A DNA stretch of 63,960 bases, filler included, from an uncultured bacterium (GTDB taxonomy: Bacteria > Latescibacterota > UBA2968): the NCBI GenBank assembly GCA_964471275.1. It is 5 parts of 5 records of this genome, joined end to end, with 100 filler letters (N's around TTAATTAATTAA, not from the genome) between each part and the next. Parts side by side here need not be neighbours in the genome. Positions count along the whole stretch, not along the records: positions 43,868 to 58,208 come from CAYYGZ010000115.1; positions 58,309 to 63,960 come from CAYYGZ010000270.1; 3 more parts are not named here. One strand, written 5' to 3'. The notes beneath the pieces were generated by a model that did no database searches, was not told where the DNA came from, and saw nothing but the letters and a program-made list of their open reading frames with translations. The translations under genes and the position numbers were made by a program. Below, in pieces: positions 53,348-63,656 of this stretch; position 1 is the first letter of the stretch, and the number at the start of each line of letters is the position of its first letter.

Positions 53348-54040
53348 GTGAATCAAGGACAGAAAGCAAGGGTGGACAGAATTAAGGTTACGTGGGAGGA
53401 CCATTTCGTTGAACTGGTGGTCGTGTTTCTCGGGATTACATTGGCGTTCACGCTCGAGAGCTGGCGTGATGCCAGGAAAGAAGCCGATCTGGAGCAGAAG
53501 TATCTGGTGAGTTTTCTGAATGATCTTGAGAGCGACAAAGCCGATTACGACTCCCTGTACACTCACACTGAGCGGGTTCAGACCGACGTTCAGAGATTGA
53601 CCGATATGTTCCGCCAGAAGGTGGATGTTCATCCGGACACATCCGTGGCTCTCCTGGCGAGATCGCTTTCAATCGGACAGTTGCCTCGGAATCACAGCAC
53701 ATATGCATCACTCACGGGCAGCAGCAATCTGAGCCTCATCACGAATTATGAATGTCAGCAGAAGATCGTTAACTATTACCAGTCGCTCGATCAGGCAAGT
53801 CTCGTGATGGAGGTGAGCAACGGATTCTTGGATAACTAGATGGTTCCGGTCTTTATGGATGATCTCGACTTTGTAGAGGGAAAGTGGATCGATCCCGGAA
53901 TCGTGAAGACCGCTCGATTCCGGAACAATGCAATCGGGTATCGCCAGTTGATCGATCAGAATATCGATACCTATACGGAGTTGCGGGCAATGCGTGACAC
54001 GCTTGCTGACTTGATCGACCGGCCAAGGGTTTCCCCATGA
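53348..54040 (+). pseudogene. Membrane-anchored helical protein (DUF6090-like) split by an in-frame TAG
   Basis: ELVVVFLGITLAF N-terminal TM; TAG 53837-53839 followed in frame by 66 codons whose stop overlaps the ispDF ATG. Confidence 0.65.
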
Positions 54041-55194
54041 CATACGCGATCGTCCTGGCGGCCGGGATGGGACGGCGAATGGAGGCTGACAGGCCCAAGC
54101 AGTTCCTCGACCTGGCCGGCCAACCCATCCTTGTCCATACGCTCGCCGCATTCCAGAAAGCCCCTTCAATTGATCGAATCGTTGTCGTTGGCTCAGAAGA
54201 TGCGCTCGTTGATGTTTGTGATCTCGCTGACCCGTTTAGCAAGACCGAATCGGTTGTTCCTGGTGGAGCCGAGCGGCAGGACTCCGTTCGGGAGGGACTG
54301 CGGGCGGTGCCGCGTGGTGCGGACCTGGTCGCTGTCCACGATGGGGCACGGCCGCTGGTTCTGGTTGATGAGATCGAGGCCACGGTGACGGCCGCTCGCG
54401 AAATAGGAGCGGCCGTGATCGGTCAGCCGGTATCGGATACGATCAAGCGAGGGCGTGAGGGAAAGGCGATCGAGACGCTCGACCGGTCGGAGTTGTGGGC
54501 AGTACAAACCCCGCAGGTTTTCAAAGCGGATGTGCTGCGCGAGGCACACGCCGCGGCCGATCGGGATGGCTTTCTAGGCACGGACGACACAGCCTTGGCA
54601 GAGCGCGTCGGCCAGACCGTCGCGCTTGTCGAGGGATCGTCCGACAACATTAAGGTGACACGACCCGGCGACGTCGAACGGGCGGGAGATATCTTGAAGA
54701 GAAGGGCAGGAGGACAGGTGCAGCGGATTGGAATGGGATATGATGTGCATCGTCTGGTCGCAGGTCGGAGGCTGACCCTGGGGGGAGTCGACATGCCATT
54801 CGAGCTCGGGCTCGAAGGTCACTCGGATGCCGACGTGTTATCGCACGTCGTAATCGACGCAGTTTTGGGTGCGGCAAGACTTGGGGACATCGGTCGTCTG
54901 TTTCCGGATACGGACCTCGCATTCAAAGACATTTCAAGTCTCATTCTGCTCGAGCGCACGGCTTCAGTGTTGGAAAAGTCCGACATGAGGATCGGGAACG
55001 TAGACGCGACTGTGATGGCTCAGCGTCCAAGGCTTGCACCGCATATCCCAGAGATGGAAGCGAATATCGCCAGATCACTCGGGGTTGCGGTCAGCCAGAT
55101 TTCGGTGAAGGCGACGACGACGGAGAGACTTGGCTTTGTGGGTGAAGAGAAAGGGATGGCTGCCCAGGCCATCGCGATGGTTCTGAGTCGGTGA
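54037..55194 (+). CDS. ispDF: Bifunctional IspD/IspF
   Basis: LAAG.G.RM..PKQF, VHDGARP, QTPQ; GYDVH, GHSDADV, KATTTE. Confidence 0.96.
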   Translation: MTYAIVLAAGMGRRMEADRPKQFLDLAGQPILVHTLAAFQKAPSIDRIVVVGSEDALVDVCDLADPFSKTESVVPGGAERQDSVREGLRAVPRGADLVAVHDGARPLVLVDEIEATVTAAREIGAAVIGQPVSDTIKRGREGKAIETLDRSELWAVQTPQVFKADVLREAHAAADRDGFLGTDDTALAERVGQTVALVEGSSDNIKVTRPGDVERAGDILKRRAGGQVQRIGMGYDVHRLVAGRRLTLGGVDMPFELGLEGHSDADVLSHVVIDAVLGAARLGDIGRLFPDTDLAFKDISSLILLERTASVLEKSDMRIGNVDATVMAQRPRLAPHIPEMEANIARSLGVAVSQISVKATTTERLGFVGEEKGMAAQAIAMVLSR

Positions 55195-55258
55195 GACGTC
55201 AGGATTCGAGAGGTCGGGGCCGGCTGTCTGAAGTCAAAGTGCCAGATCGCGTGGCCGG

Positions 55259-55915
55259 GTGATGGAGTATCTTACGCAGCTTTGGGATGGTTTTCTGGCG
55301 TATCTGAATACGCAGCCACCGGGTTGGATCTACTTCTTCCTGTTCCTCGGCGCATTCCTGGAGAATGTCGCACCACCGATACCGGGCGACACGCTGATCG
55401 TTTTCGGGGCCTATCTGGCAGGCATCGGTGTGATCGAGGTCTGGCCGGCCTATATCGCAATGTGGGTCGGGAGCGCGCTTGGCTGTCTACTCATCTACGG
55501 CGTGGCTTATGTGAAGGGCCGTGATTTCTTCCTGCGGCTCGAGGCACGCTACTTCAAGGAGTCCAAGATCGAGATCGCAGAGGCGTGGTTCGAGAAGTAT
55601 GGCGTTCGCATCATTGTCTTCAACCGATTTCTGCCGACCGTTCGGGCTTTTGTTGGAATCGTGGCCGGCATCATTCGGACGAACCCGCTTCGTATGACTT
55701 TGTATGTCATCATCGGGACGTTTCTGTGGAATTCGCTGCTTGTCTATTTCGGGCTGATGGTGGGTGAGAACTGGCAATTGGTCACCACAGTGCTGCAGAC
55801 CTACAATCAGGTTGTGATCACGCTGGCTGTGGTCGCCGGGGGCATATACTACCTGGTGAAGCGTAGACGGCGAGGTGCAGCAGAGGAGCAGGGGAGCAGG
55901 GGGCAGGGGGGATGA
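55259..55915 (+). CDS. DedA family membrane protein
   Basis: ENVAPPIPGD, RFLPTVR. Confidence 0.9.
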   Translation: MMEYLTQLWDGFLAYLNTQPPGWIYFFLFLGAFLENVAPPIPGDTLIVFGAYLAGIGVIEVWPAYIAMWVGSALGCLLIYGVAYVKGRDFFLRLEARYFKESKIEIAEAWFEKYGVRIIVFNRFLPTVRAFVGIVAGIIRTNPLRMTLYVIIGTFLWNSLLVYFGLMVGENWQLVTTVLQTYNQVVITLAVVAGGIYYLVKRRRRGAAEEQGSRGQGG

Positions 55916-55957
55916 AGGGCCACTCAGAAATCCAATTCGAGGAAACACAGGTTGGGA

Positions 55958-57055
55958 ATGGGTAAGAAGATCAAGCTTGGGGTCCTGTTTGGCGGTCGAT
56001 CGGCCGAGCACGAGGTGTCGATCCAATCGGCGAGGAACATCGTCGAGGCGCTCGACAAGGGCAAGTATGAGGTCGTGTTGCTCGGCATCGATCACGTGGG
56101 CCAATGGTATCTGAACGATGCGTCACACTTCCTGCTGGATTCGCCGAATGCACTGCCAGCGTTTGAGGTCCGCAATGACGATGCCGTGACGCTCGTGCCG
56201 CGATCCGGTTCGCGGGATTTGGTGCGCACATCAGATAACGCTGAGCTTGGTTCAGTTGATGTTGTGTTTCCCGTGCTACACGGTCCATACGGCGAAGATG
56301 GCACCGTCCAGGGCATGCTGAAGCTCTTTGATATACCGTTTGTGGGCGGGGATGTCCTGGGATCAGCCGTGGGGATGGACAAGGACGTGATGAAGCGTTT
56401 GCTCCGGGACGCGGTAATCACCATTGGTGATTACCGCGTGGTGCTCAGACACCGACGTGCTGACCCATCTTATGAAGAGGTGCGTGATGCGCTCGGATTA
56501 CCCTTGTTCGTGAAGCCGGCGAACCTGGGGTCCTCGGTCGGGATCAGCAAGGTAGGGACAGAGGCAGAATATGAAGCTGCACTCGATGAGGCGTTTCTCT
56601 ACGACACCAAGGTCGTGGTCGAGGCATTTATCGAGGGCCGGGAGATCGAGGTGGCGGTTCTGGGGAATGAGGAGCCGATCGCATCGCTTCCTGGCGAAAT
56701 CACGCCCCATCACGATTTCTACTCATACGAAGCGAAATATATCGACGACAAGGGAGCGGGGCTCCAGATTCCGGCGGAGCTGACCGAGGCGCTCGTCAGC
56801 GAAGTACAGGCACTGGCAGTCGAGTCGTTCCAGACGCTCTACTGTGAGGGTATGGCACGTGTCGATTTCTTCCTGACGCCGGACGACCAGTTCGTGATGA
56901 ATGAGATCAACACGATCCCGGGCTTTACACGGATCAGTATGTTTCCGAAACTTTTCGAAGCAAGCGGGATCTCCTATCCGGATTTGATTGATCGATTGGT
57001 GAAGCTGGCGCTCGCTCGGCACGAGCGGCAACAGGGGTTGAAGACCAGCAGGTAA
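55958..57055 (+). CDS. ddlA: D-alanine--D-alanine ligase
   Basis: FGGRSAEHEVS, LHGPYGEDG, GSSVG, YSYEAKY, NEINTIPG. Confidence 0.96.
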   Translation: MGKKIKLGVLFGGRSAEHEVSIQSARNIVEALDKGKYEVVLLGIDHVGQWYLNDASHFLLDSPNALPAFEVRNDDAVTLVPRSGSRDLVRTSDNAELGSVDVVFPVLHGPYGEDGTVQGMLKLFDIPFVGGDVLGSAVGMDKDVMKRLLRDAVITIGDYRVVLRHRRADPSYEEVRDALGLPLFVKPANLGSSVGISKVGTEAEYEAALDEAFLYDTKVVVEAFIEGREIEVAVLGNEEPIASLPGEITPHHDFYSYEAKYIDDKGAGLQIPAELTEALVSEVQALAVESFQTLYCEGMARVDFFLTPDDQFVMNEINTIPGFTRISMFPKLFEASGISYPDLIDRLVKLALARHERQQGLKTSR

Positions 57056-57328
57056 GCTGCGAACTGAGTGGTGAATGCCAGAACGAGGCGTCGATATCAC
57101 GCGAAAACCAGACACTGTCCGCATAATGTGACGTGAGATCTCGTGGAGTACGCGCCCGATCTGTGTTTTTTGAGAATCTGACTATGGTTCGGTGCTCGAT
57201 CTGAATTCTGATGGTGCCATCGATTTCTCAGATTTTCTGGATTTCGCCTCCGCATTTGGGGATTGAGTCGGTGTGGACAGGGCGTTGCGGGGACAACCAT
57301 CTGCTCTGAAACAAGAAATCCACCTGAT

Positions 57329-57586
57329 ATGTCCGATCTATCGGACGAGGATAAGTGCATCCTGCGGTTTATGATCGACCTGGAGGACAAGGGGTCCCTG
57401 TGGCCAGACTTGGCGCGTATCGCGAAGGGTGTCGGCTACGTGACCGAAAAATGCAAAGCCGTTCTGGATGAACTGACGAGACGTGGCTTCACCCAGATCC
57501 ACGAGCACGTCGACCCGACGATCTGTTTTTCAATAACGCGGGTAGGACGTGCTCGCTACTTCGAGTCGGTCTCTGAGGAGACCTGA
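57329..57586 (+). CDS. Small winged-helix-like protein
   Basis: LARIAK.VG...C..VLDEL..RGF and ITRVGR pattern. Confidence 0.5.
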   Translation: MSDLSDEDKCILRFMIDLEDKGSLWPDLARIAKGVGYVTEKCKAVLDELTRRGFTQIHEHVDPTICFSITRVGRARYFESVSEET

Positions 57587-57615
57587 ATCTGGCCGCACGC
57601 CTGGAAGGCCTGTAT

Positions 57616-57993
57616 TCACCGATAGCGGCATCTGCAAACCGATTCGCGACGGAGGTAGGACCTGACCTGCCTGACATCGTCCAGAGAGTAGGGCCGTATG
57701 ACTTGTTGAGGAGCCTTCACTATAGGTAGCCTGATCGTGTCGGTCAGGCCCTTGGATGCTAACCATCGGGGGAGGACACGCAGGATGCGACAGTAGGTGT
57801 GCAGTGAGTAGTCCGAGATGGTACCTCGCCTCTTGGACAGGTATTGTATAACGGCTCTCCTCACGTCCTCCGAGACCATCGGGACATCGGCATAATCAAC
57901 GAACTGACTGATTGAACTCTTGTATCCGGCAATGGTGCTTGCCGTGCAGATCAGGGCTTTTTCGGCCAGAAACTGCTCGTAAGCGAACTTCAA
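57616..57993 (-). pseudogene. Tyrosine integrase N-terminal (core-binding) fragment
   Basis: FL.EK...STI.GY, SLHTY.R.LR...WL..KG, K.P..VI.PYS.DDV; stops before the catalytic domain. Confidence 0.7.
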
Positions 57994-58168
57994 AGAACAA
58001 TTGATTCTTTTCGCTGGAAGTCTCCTTCCAGCACAGGCATCACCAACTCATCGGGCGTTCCTGACTACCGATAATCGTCAGTTTCTGGAGCCGCCCTATT
58101 GGGACTATGACCGGAAACTTGCCCCAAAGGCTCCGGTGTTGTAATTTCGAATTATTGGAAAATATGGA

Positions 58169-58208
58169 GCCACCCTAGCTCAGCTGGTAGAGCAATTGAT
58201 TTGTAATC
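58169..58208 (+). tRNA. tRNA-Thr(UGU), 5' part, cut by gap
   Basis: GCCACCC-TA-GCTCAGCTGGTAGAGC-A-ATTGA-TTTGTAA-TC; upstream TTGCCC-17-TAATTT. Confidence 0.88.
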
Positions 58209-58308
58209 NNNNNNNNNNNNNNNNNNNNNNNNNNNNNNNNNNNNNNNNNNNNTTAATTAATTAANNNNNNNNNNNNNNNNNNNNNNNNNNNNNNNNNNNN
58301 NNNNNNNN

Positions 58309-58399
58309 GAATACCGAACCAAAGGACGAACACCCTCAGAGATCTTCCGGGGAGCTCAAGGGAGGACCTGAAGTGTCAACACCATTACGACACTGGACG
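58309..58399 (+). mobile_element. IS481-like transposase 3' end and right-end remnant
   Basis: EYRTKGRTPSEIF...* followed by AAGTGTCAACACC...TGGAC; at contig edge. Confidence 0.6.
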
Positions 58400-58430
58400 A
58401 TTCTAGATCGTTGCAACGGTGAGCGTGCGG

Positions 58431-60536
58431 CTATTTCGAAAGGTCTTCCGGTAGGCGGAGGACCTCTTGCTTTATCAAGTCTTTGGGTTTCGTGTCGAAG
58501 CGAGTCGGTTTCAGTCTATGCTGTGTAAAAAGCACCTCGCCCTGATCCCAGCTGTGAGGTGAGTTGAGGTTGTCGCTCTGGCCGAAGGGCACGGCAGAGA
58601 ATGAGCGGACGCCTTCCGGATCTAAGATCATGACCGTTGGCGCCGACTGACCGCCGCTGGCGTAGTCCACGACCTTGTCTCTGTTTGTCACGATTCTCCG
58701 GATGCTCTTTGCGGCTCTCCGATCGATTCCCGGCATTCCCCAGGACCGGCTCCCCAATCTGGATCGATGGACCTCCCTCCACCGGACATCCAGATGGCCA
58801 TACCGCGTCTTGTGTTCCACTAGGGCCTTCCGAAATGCGCTGATCAGGTGGCGCTTGGTTTGCCGCGAGAGTTCGGATGCGGTCAAGATGCTTCGTTCGT
58901 CGATGTTCCGACCGGTTGCCGAGCAAGCTTGACGCCAACTGAGGTAGAGCGCCGGCCCGAGTCGATCCGGTTCAGCCCGACCGTCCCAGGCTTGCAGCGT
59001 GCTGAACGCGAGCGCTTCCTCCTTCGTCCACCCGGGATCCGACTCCGCTACGGCGAAGCTCAGCGCACGAAGCCACGCCGTGCTCTCGATGACGTGGGTG
59101 TCCAGAGCGATTTCGAAAATCTCGTTGAGCGTTACTCGAGGCGCGGATTCGATCAGTCGATGAAGCCTGCGGGACCTCGCGGATAGATGGCCCGGGTCTG
59201 CATTATACAGGTATGCGGGGTATCGATCCGGAATGAGGGGTGAATAGGGGGTCGTTCGGTCTGGAGGGGTGCCTGCGTCTACAATCCAGCCTGCGTGTGG
59301 ATCGAGAAGCTGTATGAGGTCCTCCTGTATGTGAATACCAAGCCAATCGGAACCCCCGTCCGTGAGGACCGGTCGATCCCAGTCGACTGACTCGGGTCTG
59401 ATCGCAACCTGTCCAGATCGAATGTAGAAAAGGGTGCCCTCCGTGTCGCCGAACAGGAGGGTTGCCGGACCGAGTTTGGCAGGTCTGAGCGAATCGTAGA
59501 AGGATCTGAAACCTGTCGAGTGCAGCATCCGGTAGAGCTGCGCTGTCTGACCTGCGCCCAGATCCTCGGGAACACGATACGCGAAGCCCACAGTCCCTTC
59601 ACGATGGATGATCGGGCCTAGGTGGGTTCTCTGCCCGGTCAGGACTCGCGTTCCCTTCTCCCTGACGGTGATGTGGAAGGTATCCGACTGAGCGGCTCGG
59701 ATCTTGCCGGACCACCGGTATCGACTCGAAGTGTCGGACAGAAAGGTGATCCTGTAGACGTCTCCGACATCCGGGCCGCCGGGCAACCATCCCCACCCGG
59801 CCTTGCGGTTGTGACCATACACGGGCAGCGCCATCCCGGGGTAGGTGAAGCCCCAGGCGTGGAGCGTTGGGCTGTGCAGGTGTGCCTCATACCACTTTCT
59901 GCCGGGTTCCCACGATTCGTACGGATCCGCGACCAGGACGGTAGCGTCCTCTGTGGTACGCTCGGGACCTAGACCGAACAGGATGCCATTCGCCGGTTGA
60001 TCGCTCCGCGGCAGCCCGGCGTGTTCGGCGTCCAGTTGGCCGAGTACGGCCCGCCAGTAGAGGAAACGTGTCAGGGTGACGACGTGTGCGGGTTCGACGC
60101 CGTCCGGCCATTTCGCCCTGCGATTCGGATCCTGATCGACATAGTGCCGTATTCCCGCCGCAAATGCTTCAACCCATCTGGACTCGTGCGTTGGCGCAAG
60201 CGTCAGCCAATCGAGGGCGGCCTCTCGGTGGCGCCAGAGCCGTTGACGGAAATCACTCGACAGACCCGGTTCACCAGCGAAGCGGGCGAGCTGCCCCGTC
60301 GATTCCGCGTAGTTCCTGGCGATGGCCGGGTAGCGGTCCTGGGCCTGTGCGTATCCATACCCGAAGGCAACGGCGCGATCGCTGTCCCCATAGATATGCG
60401 GTACGCCCCAACCGTCCCTGTAGATCGTGACTTCATCGCCGAATACGGGCTGCGTGAACAGGCACAGGATACAGGCAACCTTGACAGCGATTTTCGCCAG
60501 GTTTAGCTTTTCCGTAGATAGAGGAAAGGTGATCAT
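58431..60536 (-). CDS. Penicillin acylase (Ntn-hydrolase) homologue
   Basis: IYRDGWGVPHIY, FGYGYAQAQDR, WYEAHL, THLGPI, PFGQS..SPH..DQ; start uncertain. Confidence 0.85.
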   Translation of the reverse strand: MITFPLSTEKLNLAKIAVKVACILCLFTQPVFGDEVTIYRDGWGVPHIYGDSDRAVAFGYGYAQAQDRYPAIARNYAESTGQLARFAGEPGLSSDFRQRLWRHREAALDWLTLAPTHESRWVEAFAAGIRHYVDQDPNRRAKWPDGVEPAHVVTLTRFLYWRAVLGQLDAEHAGLPRSDQPANGILFGLGPERTTEDATVLVADPYESWEPGRKWYEAHLHSPTLHAWGFTYPGMALPVYGHNRKAGWGWLPGGPDVGDVYRITFLSDTSSRYRWSGKIRAAQSDTFHITVREKGTRVLTGQRTHLGPIIHREGTVGFAYRVPEDLGAGQTAQLYRMLHSTGFRSFYDSLRPAKLGPATLLFGDTEGTLFYIRSGQVAIRPESVDWDRPVLTDGGSDWLGIHIQEDLIQLLDPHAGWIVDAGTPPDRTTPYSPLIPDRYPAYLYNADPGHLSARSRRLHRLIESAPRVTLNEIFEIALDTHVIESTAWLRALSFAVAESDPGWTKEEALAFSTLQAWDGRAEPDRLGPALYLSWRQACSATGRNIDERSILTASELSRQTKRHLISAFRKALVEHKTRYGHLDVRWREVHRSRLGSRSWGMPGIDRRAAKSIRRIVTNRDKVVDYASGGQSAPTVMILDPEGVRSFSAVPFGQSDNLNSPHSWDQGEVLFTQHRLKPTRFDTKPKDLIKQEVLRLPEDLSK

Positions 60537-60633
60537 CTGGAAGATTTACCGAGAGGTGTTGCGGACCATCAGGTGTCCCGCGCCAACGAACTAAGTATAG
60601 GTCCTTTCTACGAACACGTGTACAGGAGGCGAG

Positions 60634-61011
60634 ATGGCAGAAGAGACGATGTCGAACGAACAGCAGAATGAACTGCTCTTTATGCAATTGGTGATGATGT
60701 TTCAGGGGATGGCGATGCAGCAGCTTGGCAAGGTGATGAACCCGATGACCCAGAAAGTGGATCGGGACCTGGGCCAGGCCAAAAATTTTATCGACCTGCT
60801 GTCGATGTTGGAGGTGAAGACGCAGGGGAACCTGAATGACAGCGAGCACAAGTTGATGGAGCAAGCGTTGTTCGATCTGAGAATGAACTATGTGGATGAA
60901 GTGAAGAAAGGCGAAGGCGGCGCCGATGCAGAAGTGCCTGCAGGCGAGTCCGAGTCGACGGAAGAAGAGGCCCCGCAGGAAGCCGAAGCAGGTGAGGATG
61001 CGGCCGAGTGA
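60634..61011 (+). CDS. DUF1844 domain protein
   Basis: LGK..NP, A..FIDLL.ML..KT.GNL, LRMNYV; AGGAGG RBS. Confidence 0.85.
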   Translation: MAEETMSNEQQNELLFMQLVMMFQGMAMQQLGKVMNPMTQKVDRDLGQAKNFIDLLSMLEVKTQGNLNDSEHKLMEQALFDLRMNYVDEVKKGEGGADAEVPAGESESTEEEAPQEAEAGEDAAE

Positions 61012-61496
61012 GAGCCTTTGGTGTTATTGCCGTGCTCCTGACACTCCCGGCCTGCACGCACTATTCGACCTCCGCCAGCGGCAAGGGCGGTGCGTCCTCG
61101 GTCGCTGTGCCCCTGTTCGAGAACAGGAGCCTGGAATCTGGACTCCAGCAGACGCTCACCGATAGCCTGATCCAGGGATTCGTCACCAACGGTGCCGTCC
61201 GTGTTCTGGATGAAGACAGCGCCAGACTGGTGCTCAGGGGCGAGATCCTCAACGTGCGGGAGGCGCCCTTCACGTATGACGGCGGTTCTGAACAGTTCCA
61301 GATCAGCATCCTTGTTGGGATCTCGTGCTACGATACGGAAGAGAAGAAGACGCTCTGGGAAGAGGAGCGGCTCCGGGGTTTCGGGATTTTCGACGCTGCC
61401 CAGGACAGACGTGGGGCAAGGCAGCTGGGACTGAATGATGCGATCCGGATGTTGGTGGAGGATGTCGTCGATCGAACGCAGGTCGGGGGGTGGTAG
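61008..61496 (+). CDS. lptE: LptE-family lipoprotein
   Basis: Lipobox LPAC, V.VP.FEN.S, L.G.I, terminal GW. Confidence 0.7.
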   Translation: MRAFGVIAVLLTLPACTHYSTSASGKGGASSVAVPLFENRSLESGLQQTLTDSLIQGFVTNGAVRVLDEDSARLVLRGEILNVREAPFTYDGGSEQFQISILVGISCYDTEEKKTLWEEERLRGFGIFDAAQDRRGARQLGLNDAIRMLVEDVVDRTQVGGW

Positions 61497-62734
61497 CGTC
61501 TCTGGAGTTCCGGGGCGTCGCTTCCAACAACGAGCGCGAGGCCGTTCGCAATCTCTTGCGATCCGAATTCGAAGTCACACCGGGTGTGGGTGAGGTATTT
61601 GCGCGTCTGTATGATGATCTGCTCCAGCAAGATCTATCGGTAACATCAGAATGCTCACGTGTCGCCCTGAAAGACGGAAGCGTGATCGGTCACGCGCTAC
61701 TCGTTCCCAGGCTGCTCCGCATCTGTGAAGGCGATTGCCCCGCCGGGCTGGTCGGGCTCGTCGTTGTCCATCCGGAATACCGTCAGGCGGGAGTTGGAAC
61801 CGCGCTTATCCAGGATGTGCACAACGTAGCCGCTTCACGACGGATCGGTTTGCTGGTCCTGGCCGGCGATCCTGGTTATTATCGACGGTTCGGATATCAT
61901 CACGCCTTCACGAGGTCTGAATGTCTGTTGCGTGTTGATTCCGCCCGCCCGGATGTGGCGCCATCGCTCCGGGCAGCCACGTCTGCGGACGCCGCCCTTC
62001 TCTCCTCGCTCTCGCTCAACGCTCTACCGTCCGGCTCCGTTGTCCCCACACCCCGGCGATGGCAGTGGATTCTCGATACAAACCACCCCTACACGTTGCT
62101 TGCAGCAAACCCCCGGATGCTGGGTTACCGTGCTGAGGGTGATGCCTGCCTGATCGACAGCGATCGGGCATTTGTCCGGATGGCGATTGGAGAGGGGCGA
62201 GCGACCCTGTATGAAGCCGGAGCAACCGACCCCGAATCAGCGGACCGGATTCTCGAGCTGGTCACGGGATTCTGCGCCCGGAAGGGCGTGCGTGATCTGT
62301 ATCTTCGATTGCCAGCAGCTCACCCATTCTCGGTGTCCTCCGGAGGGAGCGGCGGTCCGGAGGCTGATCTGGAATTCCAGTTCAAGGTAATCGATATGGA
62401 TGCGCTTCTGACATGCGCTCAGCCCTGTCTTGAGGCACGGGTCGCCAGAGCGGCCCCCGAGTGGACGGGGGCCATCTGCGTGCGGACGGAGACAGGTCCC
62501 CTGCTTGTTGACCGCCGATCCGGATCACTACGGGTCGCTCAATCAGACGAGAGCGCAGTGCAAGGCATTGATGGTCTTTCGATGCCAGAATGGGGGGTGG
62601 GTCGACTGCTGCTCGGTAAAGACGATATCCTGAGGGCGCTACCAGAAGGAGAAGGTGAGAGTGAACTCGCTCAGATTCTCGGAGTGCTCGTGTCTGATCA
62701 ACAGCCATTCTTTACCCTTACCGATGCAGTGTAG
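61490..62734 (+). CDS. Eis-like GNAT acetyltransferase
   Basis: VHPEYRQAGVGTAL motif A, YYRRFGY; ~410 aa multi-domain length. Confidence 0.75.
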   Translation: MVASLEFRGVASNNEREAVRNLLRSEFEVTPGVGEVFARLYDDLLQQDLSVTSECSRVALKDGSVIGHALLVPRLLRICEGDCPAGLVGLVVVHPEYRQAGVGTALIQDVHNVAASRRIGLLVLAGDPGYYRRFGYHHAFTRSECLLRVDSARPDVAPSLRAATSADAALLSSLSLNALPSGSVVPTPRRWQWILDTNHPYTLLAANPRMLGYRAEGDACLIDSDRAFVRMAIGEGRATLYEAGATDPESADRILELVTGFCARKGVRDLYLRLPAAHPFSVSSGGSGGPEADLEFQFKVIDMDALLTCAQPCLEARVARAAPEWTGAICVRTETGPLLVDRRSGSLRVAQSDESAVQGIDGLSMPEWGVGRLLLGKDDILRALPEGEGESELAQILGVLVSDQQPFFTLTDAV

Positions 62735-63614
62735 ATAAGTGGAGTATAAACAGTAAGTAGCATCGTGTTCTTCGTGGTTCTCGCGACTGTGTTAACTCTC
62801 TGCGCTGTGGCTCCCGAAGGTTGAATTCTGGCCCTGTTACCGGGGAATCACACTTGCACACGCATCCCCGACCGCCTCGCCGTTCCTGATTCGTTCCGAA
62901 GTCAGGAAATCCTGCTAAAGCAAACCAGCTTTTCTCCGATACAATCACTGTGTAGTATTACTTACCATCAGCATATTGCCAAGGAGGGCAAGATGGTGAA
63001 ACAGGACGTATCACGGAACTTTCCAGGTCGGCCGAGCGCTCGCGGGCTGATTCTACCCAGGGCTCCCTGGGTGACCTCCACAGCGAATCGGAACGCACTG
63101 ACGTTCGTTCCAAGCAAAGCGCTCGTGTTGGCCTATTCGGATGGAGGAAACTAACTGAGAATAAGCCTAACGTGTTTTGAGACCTCTTGAGGTCGTTACG
63201 ATACCAACCGTGAAGGACGTAACGATTCTCTTGGGACTGGCAGGCTCCGCATCGGTTGAGGCAAACGTTGGAGGTAACGAAGCCGAGCGTGCTGTGTGGT
63301 TTATCGAGGGGCTCAAGAATGCGCTTCCCGCAAGGGAACAACCTCCCCAAACCTTAATGGTCCACTTAAGGAGGGGGTTATGGTTCGATATCACTCAGAG
63401 GATTTACTTAGGCAGCACGGTTTCGAAGAAGGGCTCAAGCTTATGAATGTGCTGACGGCTCGGGACCTCGGCATGATTCCAGAGCGAAGGGTAGTTCACT
63501 TCGTCCGTGAGAATGTGATGTTCTTTTCTGGACACGGAAATTCGGAGGGAAGCCATCGCTAAGATAACAGCTGCCTAGACGAAGAGACCTCCAAAGCTTC
63601 TGTGGAGGAGGAAT

Positions 63615-63656
63615 AAGGCGGGACTGGTTCGGGAAAGCCGGTCTCGCCTTCGTCTA
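63615..63656 (+). terminator. Strong hairpin, possible terminator
   Basis: AAGGCGGGACTGGTT/AGCCGGTCTCGCCTT, 15 bp with G-U pairs; weak U tract. Confidence 0.45.

Noticed and set aside
801..53839. The premature stops in thpR, the APH kinase and the 53348 gene are all TAG, suggesting amber recoding or pyrrolysine
   Set aside because: recA, alaS and ahcY terminate at TAG; thpR and the APH gene also carry frameshifts; CAG/TGG to TAG are common transitions; no pyl genes seen
55958..57055. Van-type D-Ala-D-Lac ligase
   Set aside because: Omega loop has Tyr (YEAKY) as in ordinary Ddl; no van cluster
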